A DNA stretch of 64,000 nt from Mustelus asterias (lineage: Eukaryota). This document shows positions 12,131-25,300 of the stretch, piece by piece. The notes under the pieces were generated by a model that was not told where the DNA came from, did no database searches, and saw only the letters and a list, made by a program, of their open reading frames with translations. Made by a program: the position numbers and the translations under genes. The stretch lies in the NCBI RefSeq assembly GCF_964213995.1, contig NW_027590135.1, positions 1,054,001 through 1,118,000 of the forward strand, in the 5' to 3' direction. How positions within the stretch are numbered: the stretch's first letter is position 1; the number at the start of each line of letters is the position of its first letter.

Positions 12131-12959
12131 TTCCTATTATCACTGATAATGAAACGACTTGACAACAACGTTTGTGACTTTTCGGTGCAGGATGCAGACA
12201 GGTATTTACATCGGCTTCTCTTTTCCCCAAAAAACCCCGATCTGTAGTGAATCACTTTTATATGCAAGAGTTTTACACTAAACAGGGAAAATCTTAACAC
12301 AACATACAAAAATTTACTGACAGAAACATCTTCACGGAGAATCTTCTTACACAATAGAGAACACGTTTGCAGAGCAGGGGACAGATTAAAAGAACAGAAA
12401 AAAAACATTTACACAGCTGGAAACACATTTACATCAACAGGGGAGCATTTTGCGCAACAGCAGAAATCATCTCTCAACAACAATTGAGACAGTTACATGG
12501 GTAAGATGGGTCTGGAGGGATATGGGGCAAACATGAGCAATGGGAATAGCTCGGTGGTAAAAAAACTCGACGGCATGGACAAGTTGGGCCGATGGGGCTG
12601 TTTCCATGCTGTAAACCTCTAAGTCATAGAGCACAGCAGGAAAAAGAGTGAAATACTTTGCACAACAACAGTGAACATCTTTGAACAACAGAGAGCACAG
12701 TTACAAAGCAGGAATTATATTTACAAACATATTTACACGAGAAAACGCATTTAAAACATCAGTGATCAATTCCGTGACCGTCCATACACGTGTACAAACA
12801 ACCTCTTTTGCTGTTTTCGTGCGTGTATTTCTCTGTCCCTTCAGTCTTGGTGCTATGCAGTGGAATTTTGTGTCCAGACTGAGCCTCCTGACACTGGTGC
12901 TGGTGTTAAACTACAACGTGGAAGTTAATGTCTGACTGGCTACATTGAATGGCAGCGGA

Positions 12960-13610
12960 GATGGGGAGGAGAGGGAGGGGGAGGGGGAGGCGGAGAGGGG
13001 GGAGGGAGGAGGGGGAAGGGGGACGGGGAGGGGGGAAGGGGAAGAGGAAGGGGGAGAGGGAGGGGGAGGGGGAGAGGGAGGGGGAGGCGGAAAGGGGGGA
13101 GGGAGGAGGGGNNNNNNNNNNNNNNNNNNNNNNNNNNNNNNNNNNNNNNNNNNNNNNNNNNNNNNNNNNNNNNNNNNNNNNNNNNNNNNNNNNNNNNNNN
13201 NNNNNNNNNNNNNNNNNNNNNNNNNNNNNNNNNNNNNNNNNNNNNNNNNNNNNNNNNNNNNNNNNNNNNNNNNNNNNNNNNNNNNNNNNNNNNNNNNNNN
13301 NNNNNNNNNNNNNNNNNNNNGGACAGGGAGGGGGAGGGGAGGGGGACAGGGAGGGGAGGGGAGGGGGAGGGAAGGAGGGAGGGAGGGGGAGGAGGGGGAG
13401 GAGGGGGAGGAGAGAGGGGGAGGGGGGAGGGGGAGGAGGGAGGGCGAGAAGTGAGGGGGAGCGGGGGGAGGGGGGACAGGGGAGGGGTAGGGGGAGGGCT
13501 AAGGGGAGGAGGCGGGACGGGGAGGGGGAGGAGGGGGGAGGGGAGGAGGGAGGGGGAGGAGTGAGGGGGAGCAGGGGGGAGGGGCGGAGGCGGGGGGGTG
13601 GGGTAGGTGA
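12960..13610. repeat. G/A-rich low-complexity tract spanning an assembly gap (N 13112-13320)
   Basis: Almost pure G/A runs on the + strand around 209 N. Confidence 0.95.
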
Positions 13611-13625
13611 AGCTGGACTTGACGT

Positions 13626-13698
13626 AGCAGAAGTGGGGCAGTTGAAGCGTGCTGGGCCCATATCTCAGAGGTCGATGGATCAAAACCATTCTCTGCTA
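13626..13698 (+). pseudogene. degenerate initiator tRNA-Met copy
   Basis: AGCAGAAGTGGGGCAGTTGAAGCGTGCTGGGCCCATATCTCAGAGGTCGATGGATCAAAACCATTCTCTGCTA; flanks homologous to those of 12059-12130. Confidence 0.85.
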
Positions 13699-15179
13699 CT
13701 TCCTATTAACAATGATAACAAAACCACTTGACTACAATTCTGCAACATTTACGTGGACTATGCAGACAGGTATCTGCATTGGCTCCTCTTTTCTGTTATA
13801 AGCCCCAAACCAGTTTGGTATGCACACAAGGTGTAGACACTGTGAACATGCACCAGGATCTATTAGTGACAGAGCTAATGGTGCACAGGGCACAATTTCA
13901 GAACTTGTGGATAATGCGAAACTTGGAAGCATTGTGAACTGTGAGAAGGAAAGTGTGAAACTTCAAAAAGGACATGGACAAGTTGACGGAATGAGTGGAC
14001 AATTTATAGATGAAATTCAACGCTGAGAATTGTGAAGTGATTCATTCTGGTGGGAAAATTATAGAGGGACAATGAAAAGTAAAAGGAAAACAGTTCCAAA
14101 GTATCTAATCAATTTCATTAGTGAGTTTCTCAGTCCTACAACTCTAAATGAGGTGCAACAGTACAACTCTAAAATAACACCAAATTACTGCGGATGCTGT
14201 CATCTGAAACCAAAAGAGAAAATACTGGAAAATCTCTGCCGTTCTGGCAGCATCTGTAAGGAGTGAAATGAGCTAATGTTTCGAGATTGGTTTACTGCCA
14301 ACTGTTAACTTCCTTAAAGTCAATAATAATCCATTCAAAATATCAGCATGTGTGTTTTACAATCATAATTACTCGGTTGAATCAATTACTGCATCTCACA
14401 TTGCTTCTTGTTAGCTCATAAATGTATTTAAAAGTCATTTAACTGAACGCTGCTAGTTTTATCAATGCCTTAATGTCGACTGGTTTAAAAATCTTACCAC
14501 CCCATCAGGGGTTCCACTTCCAGGTATTAAAAGTTATGAGACATCTGGACAGAGTGGATAGGGACAAACTGTTCCCATTCGTGGAATGATGAAGAATGAG
14601 TGGGAACAGATTGAACATCATGAGCAAAGGAAGGAATAGGAACACGAGGAAAACATTTTTCACACAGTGAGTATTTAAAGTGTGGAATGCACTGCTGGAG
14701 AGTGTGGTGGATACAGATTCAATTGAAACGTCCTCAGGGAATTAGACTGTTTTCCGAAAAGGAAGAATGTGCAGGATTACAGGGAGAAGGCGGAGATGTT
14801 GATTTTCTGTCACAACTCCTCACATCATTTCTCATTCATCACTCATCACTGAATCGAGCGGGAACTGTTCTCTTGTCTTTGCTAAACAAGGAGAAGTGCA
14901 GCAATGATTAAATGACAAGCCTCAGTCGAATGGGAGAGTTAAAAAATTACAAATATGTTTCTACAAGGAGGTGAGGATGGCAGAGAGACGGAATTTGAAA
15001 TAAAACAGAAAATGATAGAAACCTCAGCAGGTCTGGCAGCATCTATCGGGAGAGAAACAGAGTTAATGCTTCCAGTGCCTATGACTCTTCTTCAGAGCTG
15101 AGGAGGGGTTGAAATGTGACGGATTTAAAATGTTGAGGAGAATTCGGAGCACAATCTGGCTTATTCATTAAAGCAATCA

Positions 15180-16910
15180 CAAAAGCAAATGGCATGTTTG
15201 TTTTTATTGCAAGTTAATTGGAGTAGATGAAGAAAAGTGTCTTGCTACAATTGTACAGGAGTTTATGGAGACCACATTTGCAATGCTGTGAACAGCTATG
15301 GTATCCACATTTGAGAAAATATAAGCTTGCATTAGAGGCGGTACAGAGAAGGTTCACTGGATTGCCCCCCAGAATGAGGAGGTTGTTCCATGTTGAAAGG
15401 CTGAGTGAATTAGGCTGAGAGATCCAAGAGCTCAGAACAATGTGTAGATGCTGAGTGAACGCTTCCATTGCTGTCCTCTGGGCAGACCAGTGGCAGATAA
15501 AGTGAAATTACAGAAAAGTAAAGTTAAAGGAAAGTTTATTCGTCACAAGTAAGGCTTACATTAACATTGCAATGAAGTTACTGTGAAATTCCCCAATTTG
15601 CCACAGTCGGGCACCTGTGCGGGTCAATCACCTAACTAGATGAAGTTCAATGCTGAGAAGTGTGAGTTGATTCATTTTCAGATTGTGGAGAAATAAATGG
15701 AGAAACTCTTAAGGAAATGCAGGAAAAAAGGGATCTCGGTTTTTAAGTACAAAAGTCATTAAAGGTGGCTGAGCATGTTGGGAGAGCAGTTAATAAAGCA
15801 AATGGCATCCTACATTTTATTGGAGGATTAAATAGACGAATAAGAAGATCATGTTGAGCTTTTAAATACACCAGACAGGTCTCACCTGGAGCACTGAGTC
15901 CAGTGCTGGGCATCACACTTGTCGAAGTTTGGAGGGAGTGCAAAGGATATTCACATGAATGATTCCATTGATAAAGGTTTGTAGCAATGAAGATCGATCG
16001 AGAAGTTGGGTATTTTTCCTTACGGGAAGAAGCCTGTGAGGACCTGTAGAGGGACAGGTAGCATTGAGGAAGCAGGTGTGCTGCAGAAGGATTTGTATAG
16101 GCTGGGAGAGTGGGCAGAGAAGTGGCAGATGGAATACAATGTGGAAAAGTGTGAGGTTATGCAGTTTGGAAGGAGGAATGGAGGCGTAGATTATTTTCTA
16201 AATTGTGAAATGCTCAGGAACTCAGAAGCACAAACGGACTTGGGAGTCCTTGTTCAAGATTCTCTTAAGGCAAACGTGCAGGTTCAGTCGGCAGTTAGGA
16301 AGGGAAATGCAATGTCGAGAGGGTCAGAATACAAGAGCACGGATGTACTTCTGAGGCTGGCAAAGGCTCTGGTCAGACCCCATTTGGAGTAATGTGAGCA
16401 GTTTGGGCCCCTTATCTAAGGAAGGATGTGCTGGCCTTGGAAAAGGTCCAGAGGAGGTTCACAAGAATGATCCATGGAATGAAGAGCTTGTTGTATGAAG
16501 AATGGTTGAGGACTCCGGGTCTGTACTCGTTGGAATTCACAAGGATGAGTGGGATCTTATTGAAGCTTAGAGGACATTGCGAGGCCTGGATAGAGTGGAC
16601 ACAGAGAGGATTTTTCCACTTGTAGGAAAAACTAGAACCAGAGGGCACAACCCCAGACTAAAGGGACGATCCTTTAAAACAGAGGAGGAGGAATTTCTTC
16701 AGCCAGAGAGTGGCGAATCTGTGGAAATCTTTGCCGCAAAAGGCTGTGGAGGCCAGGTCATTGACTGTTTCTAAGACAGAGATGGATAGATTCTTGATGA
16801 ATAAGGGGATTAGGGGTTATGGGGAAAAGACAAGAGAATGGGAATGAGAAAAATGGGAAAGCCGTCTCGATAGGCTGAGTGGCCTCATGCTGTTCCTATG
16901 TCTTATGGTC
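15180..16910 (+). mobile_element. several CR1 LINE 3' fragments (youngest about 16045-16910)
   Basis: [34 protein letters not shown] and TRGHN motifs. Confidence 0.85.
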
Positions 16911-16929
16911 TTTTGGAAGAGAAAGAAGG

Positions 16930-17500
16930 GTGGCTTTCGCACTGCTGCTGCAGAATGACAGGGACTCGGGTTCAATTCAGGCCTTGAGTGACTTACGTAT
17001 TTTCCACATTTTCTCTGTGTCCACGTGGCTTTCCTCCGGGTGCTCTGGTTTTCCCCCACACTCCATTGATAGGGTACGTGGATTTACCATGCTAAATTTA
17101 CCCTTATGTCTCCCAGTATGTTTAGATTAGGAGGGTTAACAGGGTAAATATGCGAGGTTATGTGGACAGGTCAGAGAATCAGTGCAGACTCAATGGGCCG
17201 AATGGCCATCTTTTGCAATGTAGGGATTCATTGATAGAGATTTTCATGTTCCAGTCATGAGTTCATCAAGAACGAGGAGAAAATTTCAAAGTAAGTGTAA
17301 AAACTGCCACGATTCAGAGCCTAATTTACACATCTTTGGAAATTAAAGGAACATTTAACATGGCCAATACACCTAACCTGCACATCTTTGAACCATGGAA
17401 GTGAACCAGAGCACCCAGACGAAACTCATGGGGGAGAATGTGCAAAATCTGCACAGTCAGCAAAGGCCAGGACGAAACCCGGGTCTCTGGGGCTATGAGG
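16930..17500. mobile_element. two degenerate HE1-like SINEs (+ about 16930-17230, - about 17330-17500)
   Basis: GCACTGCTGC...GGGTTCAATT...GGCTTTCCTCCGGGTGCTCTGG; CACCTAACCTGCACATCTTTG. Confidence 0.65.
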
Positions 17501-17941
17501 CGGGAGAGTGGGATTGGACAGTTTTTCAATACAGGAGTGTAGACTTGATTGGCCAAATGGGCTGTTACTGCTTTGTAAAGATTCTGTGGTTTGGGAATCT
17601 AAAACATTATCCTATTGCATGGAGCAGCAGGCTTGAGGGGCCAAGTGGTCCACTTCTGATGCGATTTATTGTGCTGTTGTGTCCAGAAAGCTGCAAATTG
17701 AGTTCTCATCATTAAATCTGAATTTACTCCAAATACCGTTGATGCATCAACTCAGTGCTCAGTGACAAACACTGACCCGTGGTTCAACAATGTCTCAATT
17801 TTAATATTCTTATCCGTGTTTCCAAACCCCTCCATGTCCTCAGCTCTTCCTCCCTTTCATCACCTCCAGCCTAACAATCCTCTGAGATATCTGAGCTCCT
17901 CTGATTCTGCCCTCGTGAGCATCCCTGATTTGGTTCACTCC

Positions 17942-18141
17942 GTAAGAAGTCTCACAACACCAGGTTAAAGTCCAACAGGTTTAGTTGGTTGCAAATACCA
18001 TAAGCTTCGTCAGATCTGACGAAGGAGCAGTGCTCCGAAAGCTTATGGTATTTGCTACCAAATAAACCTGTTGGACTTTAACCTGGTGTTGTAAGACTGC
18101 TTACTGTGTTCACCCCAGTCCAACACCGGCATCTCCACATC
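17942..18141. mobile_element. fold-back Penelope-derived non-autonomous element with 12-bp TSD
   Basis: Long inverted repeat centred on CTTCGTCAGATCTGACGAAG; TSD TTGGTTCACTCC at 17930-17941 and 18142-18153; hammerhead core at 18016-18044 (+). Confidence 0.85.
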
Positions 18142-18429
18142 TTGGTTCACTCCACCAGTGTTGGTCGCACTTTCAGCTCTCTGGGTCGCAGCTCTGGAAT
18201 TCCCTCTCTAAACGTCGCAGCTTCTTGCTTGCCTTCCTCCCAGTTCTTTTTTGTCACCTGTTCACTTCATTTATTTCCTCCTTCCTTTCCCGCGGGGTTC
18301 AGCTTTTGCATCCTCTGACTTTACGCAGTCCTTTTGCCGCTTTAACTGCCATCAAAGAATTATAATTGAACAACCATAATTCTGTGAGCGGTTCCACTTT
18401 AAGGATTATTTCGGCCACAAATTCTTTGA

Positions 18430-18900
18430 TTTCTCATTGGTTTCAGCTCCGGATCGAATTGAATGACGCAATGACGCTGGGCTGGGAGTGACGCTGCACG
18501 AGTCGCGCACGAGCGGCACATTCCGATTGGACAGTGCGTTACGATTGGCGAGAGAAGATGTCCATCACATTGGGGGCGTGTGTTGTTAGCAACGCGGTCT
18601 GTGATTGGGTACAATTGGAGCGTCATTTTCAATGGTCTCGAACTTCTGACTATGGAACCCATTGATTGGATAAAGCAGCTGTCACTCAATGGGCGCAGAG
18701 CGGCCATTGGATAACCGCGATGCGTCAATTTCCGATTGGTTTTCCCAGCTGCCGGTCACAGGCCCATCAGACACCGCGCGGAGCGGCAGCAAATGTCCCG
18801 CCAGTGGCTTCAGTCCCCGGGCCCGGATCCTGAGCCCGCGGCGGAGCTCCGGATGGGGGAAGGGTTTCGGCAGCGGGAATCCCGTCCTGCCCGGCTGTGA
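18430..18900. promoter_or_regulatory. CpG-rich promoter-like region with about 9 ATTGG (CCAAT) boxes
   Basis: High CpG density, repeated ATTGG, TGACG half-sites, followed by a GC-rich first-exon-like stretch. Confidence 0.65.
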
Positions 18901-18903
18901 ATA

Positions 18904-19176
18904 GGGCGGCACCGTGGTTAGGGACCCTAGTTCGATTACGGTTTGGGTCACTGACTGTGCGGAGTCTGCACGTTCTCCCCGTGGGTTTCCTCCGGTTTCC
19001 TCCCACAGTTCAAAGATGTGTGGGTTCGGTGGATTGGCCGTGCTAAATTGCCCCTGAGTGTCCGGGAGACCAGCTCGGGTAAATGTATGGGGTTATGGAG
19101 ATAGGACCTGGGTGGGATTGTGGTTGGTGCAGACTCGATGGGCCGAATGACCGCCTTCTACGCTGTAGGATTTTAG
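18904..19176 (+). mobile_element. HE1-like V-SINE
   Basis: GGGCGGCACCGTGGTTAG head, TCCCACAGTTCAAAGATGTG core, GCAGACTCGATGGGCCGAAT tail. Confidence 0.85.
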
Positions 19177-19869
19177 AAATCCGCAGCTCAGGGTTTCCAA
19201 TGGCAGCTTCCTGTGTAAACATGTCACGCTGCAGTTCCCCAGTCTCAGCAGTGGCAGCACTGCAAACTCCCTGGAGTCAGGCCAATCAGCACAGAGACTG
19301 GGATCTTCCTGTGCTCTATGTGTGGGGCTCAGTGCCATTCCGGGTTAGAGCAACTCACTTTGCAGAGGCCACGGTTAGATCCTGGGATCATCCTGTGCTC
19401 TGTTTTGGGGGTGGGGCTTGGTTCCTCTAACTGAATCTCCCTTCTTGTTTGGTTCTAATTACAGCCTCTCTCTCTCTTATCGTCAGTCTGGGTGTTCCTG
19501 ACTGGCAGAATGGCCTGATCTCACCACACACATTGAGATGGAGGAGCTGCCGCTTGAGGTGCAGATGATTGAGAACTCCAGCCTTCTCTACACTCGTTTA
19601 CTGAGGCCCAGCCCTTCATCCATCATTAGTTTTCCCAGGATGTCAGGTACATTAACATCTTCATCTGCTGTGCACACTGACCTGACAGTGGGAAGGTATT
19701 GGAGCACGATAGTGCAGTCAACCATGTCAAAGGTGTGGACAGGTTGAGAAGGATAAGGAGGGATAGTTTAGCTGGGTAAGACTGCATTTACCCTGTTCTG
19801 ATCTTTTCTTTCTGGCTATATGCAAAATATCACCTGCAATGATTTCCTGCCACTGCCACCCTTTATCAA

Positions 19870-19952
19870 TGTCAGGACTGGAATTTGAACCCAGGCCTCT
19901 AGAGGAGTCTGTGACCTGAACGCAGCAGCTTCGACTACTCGGCCGTCCTGAC
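19870..19952 (-). pseudogene. degenerate tRNA-Leu(CAG)
   Basis: GTCAGGACGGCCGAGTAGTCGAAGCTGCTGCGTTCAGGTCACAGACTCCTCTAGAGGCCTGGGTTCAAATTCCAGTCCTGACA, 83 nt, colinear with vertebrate Leu(CAG). Confidence 0.8.
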
Positions 19953-19999
19953 ACAGACTATTTATTTCACTCCTCTGCCACTTTATGGTTCCCCACTTT

Positions 20000-22250
20000 T
20001 AATTCCCAGTCTCAATCTCTCAGGAGCTTATGTTCACTTTAGCCTCTCTCTTGTTATATATTAAAAGAAACTTTTTCTGATTCTTTTTATATTACTTGTT
20101 CATTTACGTTTGTCGTTCATCTTCTCCCACATTAGTATTTTTCTGGTCATCATTTGTTGGTTTTAGAAACTTCCCCAATGCTCTGTCTTATCACGAATAT
20201 ATGAAACATCCTATGTTCTTCTTTCAGTTTAATGCAATCTTAACTTCCTCGGTTAACCATGGTTGATTTATTCCCTTTCAGAATCCTTGTTCATCACTGG
20301 TATATATCTTTGTTGTGAGTCAAAAACTATTTTCATAACGTATGTCATTGCTGAGCGATCGTCTTTTCTGCTAATCATCTTTTGCAGTCCAGCCAACTCT
20401 GCTCTCATTCTTTTGTAATTACCCATATTTAAGTTGAGCACAGTTGCTTCTGATGCAAGTTTGTACTCAAAACTGAATGCTGAACTCCACCATGTTAAGG
20501 TCACTGTTTCCCAGTAGAGCTTTTACTCTGACTCTTTATGAAAGCTGTCTCATTACACATTGCAATCTTTCAAACTGGCCTGGTTTCTGCTCGGATCCAC
20601 AAAATATTCTTCATGGAAACTGTGCCGAATACACTCTGAATTCTTCCTCATGGCTACCTCTGCAAACTTGATTGTCCGAATCCACAGGAAGATTAAAGTC
20701 AGCCATGATTAATGTCCTGCCTTTTCCTTCATATCCTCATTATCTCCTGATTCATTCCCCACCCTACAGTATATCTACTGCCAGGGGCCGATAGACTACT
20801 CCCACCAGTGTCTTCTTCCCCTTGTTATTTTTTCCTTCACCCATATGGATTCTACGTTTTCTGATCCAAGATCATTTCTTGCTGTTGTCCTTATTCCATC
20901 TCATATTAACAAAGCTCCCCCAACACACTTTCCTTCCTGCCTGTCCTTAAACAAAGTCACATACCTCTGAATACATTGTCACCAGCTTTGACCTCCTTGT
21001 AATCTCTGTCATGGCAAGAAGATTTTAGCGCATTTTGTGTCATTTGTTGATTGGTTCACTGTACATTTTGTGCCAAATTACAACTTTCATTTACATAAAG
21101 TGCCATTAATTTTGCCCTTTTCCCATTTTTCTTCCCTTTGCCTCTATTTTCAGCTTTTTTTTTGCTGTATCTAGACTGTGTCCCTTCCTGTCACACTCTG
21201 GGCATCATTACCAAAAGAGCTGTCTTGCAATGCTGCCATATCCTTTTGCTTAGTTAGCCAACATATCCCTCCCCAGAACCACCACACCATTCCCCTTGCC
21301 CCTTTTTGATTAAAGCTCTTTCCACTTACCTAATTATGCAGTTTGCAAGAACACTGGCCCCAGCATGGTTCAGATGTAGGCTGTCCCAACTGTACAGCTC
21401 CCCCTTTCCCCAGTCTTGATACCAGTGCCCACGAACCGAAACCCACTTCTCCCACATCAGTCTTTCAACCACGTATTCAACTCTCTAATTTGATGTATCC
21501 TTTGTCAATTTGCATAAGGTTCAGGCAATTATCCAGTGATTATAACTTTGGAGGTTCTGTTGTTTAATTTAGTGCCAAGCTCCTCAAACTCCCCATGCAG
21601 AACCTCTTCCCTCATTCTACCTGAATGATTGGTTGCCATGTGGACCACGGCAAAGGGACTTTCCTCCTCCCACTGCAAGTTCCTCTCCAGCCAGGAGCAG
21701 TTGTCCTGAATCCTGCCACCCATCCCAGGCAGGCAACACAGCCACTTGGATTCTCGCTCCTTGCGGCAGAGAACAGTGTCACTTCCCCTCACTATAGTGT
21801 CCACTCATTCTAATGTGCTTCCCTCACTTGAATGGCATCCTGTACCACACTGCCAAGGTCAGTCAGCTCATTCACCCTGCAGCCCCCACTCTCATCCAAA
21901 GCTGAAAGATGCTCAAAGTTATTGGACAGTTGCAGAGGCTACCATAGTTGCCCTCTGAGTCCCCTTATCTGCCTCAGCTGCAGTCACTCCCTCCTGTCCC
22001 TGACCACTTTTCAAACCTGAAGATTCTATCACTACCTGTCAGGATCCATTCCTTGCCAATTTAGTTTAAATCCATCCCAACAGCACGAACAAAGCTCCCC
22101 GTGAGGATGGTGGTCCCATTCCTGTTCAGATGTAATCTGTCCAACTTGTACAGGTCCCAGCTCAGCCAGAGATGGTCCCAATGCCCCAAGAATCTAAAAC
22201 CCTCCCTGCTATATAATCTCTCCAGCCATGCAGTCATCTGCTCCACCTAT
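20000..22250 (-). mobile_element. old degraded CR1 (endonuclease and ORF1 esterase remnants)
   Basis: CCLPG, VVHMATNH, EGFRFLGHWD...LHLN fragments. Confidence 0.7.
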
Positions 22251-22360
22251 TCTCATTCATGTCTTTCCCCTGAAGGTGCTGACTCTGACTGAGTCATTCA
22301 GTTCTACACTTACTGGTTCCTCTCTCTCCTCCCCTGAAGGTGATGTCTCTGGGTGCGTTC

Positions 22361-25300
22361 ATAGAAACATAGAAAAACTACAGCACAAAACAGGCCCTTC
22401 GGCCCCACAAGTTGTGCCGAACATATCCCTACCTTTTAGGCCTATCTATTACCCTCCATCCTATTAAGTCTCATGTACTCATCCAGGAGTCTTTTAAAAT
22501 ACCCTATTGAGTTTGCCTCCACCACCACTGACGGCAGCCGATTCCACTCGCCCACCACCCTCTGTGTGAAAAACTTCCCCCGAACGTTTCCCCTGTACCT
22601 ATACCCCAGCACCTTAAACCTGTGTCCTCTCGTAGCAGCCATTTCCACCCTGGGAAAATGCCTCTGAGAGTCCACCCGATCTATGCCTCTCAACATCTTA
22701 TATACCTCTGTTAGGTCTCCTCTCATCCTACGTCTCTCCAAGGAGAAAAGACCGAGCTCCCTCAGCCTATCCTCATAAGGCATGCCACTCAATCCAGGCA
22801 ACATCCTTGTAAATCGCCTCTGCACCCTTTCAATCTTTTCCACATCCTTCCTGTAATGAGGCGACCAGAACTGAGCACAGTGCTCCAAGTGGGGTCTGAC
22901 GAGGGTCTTATATAGCTGCATCATTAACCCCAGACTCCTAAACTCAATCCCTCGATTGATAAAGGCCAGCACACCATACGCCTTCTTAACCACCTCCTCC
23001 ACCTGCGGGGCTGATTTTAGAGCCCCATGGACCCGGACCCCAAGGTCCTTCTGATCCTCTACAGTACTCAGAGTCTTTCCCTTTATATTGTACTCCTTCA
23101 TCCCATTTGACCTGCCAAAATGGACCACTACGCATTTATCTGGGTTGAAGTCAATCTGCCACTTGTCCGCCCAGTCTTGCATCCTATCTATGTCCCTCTG
23201 TAACTTCTGACATCTCTCCAGACTATCCACAACCCCACCAACCTTCGTGTCGTCGGCAAACTTACCAACCCATCCCTCCACTTCCTCATCCAGGTCATTT
23301 ATGAAAATGACAAACAGCAAGGGTCCCAGAACAGATCCCTGGGGCACACCACTGGCGACCGACCTCCATTTAGAAAAAGACCCATCGATACCCACTCTCT
23401 GCCTCCTTTGGGCAAGCCAGTTCTGGATCCACAGGGCAGCAGCTCCTTGGATCCCATGCCCTCTCACTTTTTCTAGAAGCCTTGCATGGGGGACCTTATC
23501 GAACGCCTTGCTAAAATCCATATAAACCACATCTACCGCTTTCCCTTCGTCAATGTGTTTAGTCACATTTTTGAAGAACTCCACCAGGCTCGTAAGGCAC
23601 GATCTGCCTTTGACAAAGCCATGCTGAGTATTCTTGAGCATACTAAACCTCTCTAAATGCTCATAAATCTTGTCCCTCAGGATCTTCTCCATCAGCTTAC
23701 CGACCACTGAGGTTAGACTCACCGGTCGGTAATTTCCTGGGCTATCCCTATTCCTCTTCTTGAAAATAGGAACCACATCCGCAATCCTCCAATCCTCCGG
23801 CACCTCTCCCGTCTCCATCGACGACGCAAAGATCATCGCCAAAGGCTCTGCAATCTCTTCCCTCGTCTCCCACAGTAACCTGGGGTACATCCCATCCGGA
23901 CCCGGCGACTTATCTATCTTGATGCCATTCAAAGATTCCAGCACAACCTTTTTGTTAAAGTCCACATACTCAATCTTTTCAGTCCACCGCAAGCTCGCAG
24001 TACATCCACCCAGGTCCTTCTCTGTGAAAACCGATGCAAAATACTCAGGAAGCACCTCCCCCATTTCTACTGGTTCCGTACAGATTTTCCCACCTTCACC
24101 ATTTATAGGCCCGATTCCTTCACGTCTCATCCTTTTACTCTTCACATATTTATAGAGAACGCCTTAGGGTTTTCCTTAATCCTACCTGCCAAGGCCTTCT
24201 CGTGACCCCTTCTGGCTCTCCTAATTTCCTTCTTTAGTCCCTTCCTACAAGCCATATACTCTTCTAAATCCCTATCTTCGCCAAGCTCTCTGAACCTTTT
24301 GTACGCTTTCCTTTACTTCTCGACTAGGTCCCGCACAGCTTTCGTGCACCACGGTTCCTTTAACCTACAAACTCCTCCCTGTCTGCTCGGAACGTTGTCC
24401 TGTAGAACTCTAGACAGACATTCCTTGAAAAACTGCCACCTCTCTTCAGTACATTTCCCCGAGAATACCTCCTTTCAATTTACTCCACGTATTTGCTGCC
24501 TTATGTCTTCATATTTCCCCTTACTCCATATAAACGCTTTCCTTGCTTGCCTGATCCTCTCTTTTTCCAATGCAAGCATAAAGGAGATAGAGTTATGATC
24601 GCTATCCCCAAGATGCTCTCCCACTGACAGATCTGACACCTGTCCAGGTTCATTGGTCAGTATCAGATCAAGTACAGCTTGTCCACATGCTGTGTCAGGA
24701 AACCCTCCTGAACACACCTAACGAACTCCTCCCCATCCAATCCCCTTACCCTCAGGATATTCCAATGTATGTTTGGGAAATTAAAGTCTCCCATCACAAC
24801 AACTCTGCTCTTATTGCAGCTGTTTCCCTGTCTGCTCCTCCACCTCCCTGTTACAATTGGGCGGCCTATAGAAAACTCCCAGCAAAGTGATCGACCCTGT
24901 CCCACTCCGAACTTCCACCCACAGAGACTCTGTAGACAATCCCTCCACAGCATACACCTTCTCTGCAGCTGTGACACTATCCCTGATCAGCAGTGCCACT
25001 CCACCCCCTCTCTTGCCTCCCTCCCTGTCCTTCCTGAAACATCTGAATCCCGACACCTGGAGTATCCAGTCCTGTCCCCGAGACATCCAAGTCTCCGTAA
25101 TGGCCACCACACCACACTTCCAGGCATCGATCCACGCTCTGAGCTCATCCCCTTTATTCACTATACTCCTGGCATTAAAGTAAACACATCTCAATCCTTT
25201 GGTCTGAGCTCTCCCCTTCTCTATCCCCCGTCCATCCTCCCTCTTGCACCGTCTATAACCCTTCTCTGTTTGCGAGCTAACTTCCTCGCTCCCAGTCACC

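Noticed and set aside
12906-13731. Long Pro-rich and Gly/Arg/Glu-rich ORFs
   Set aside because: Translations of a G/A low-complexity tract crossing an N gap.
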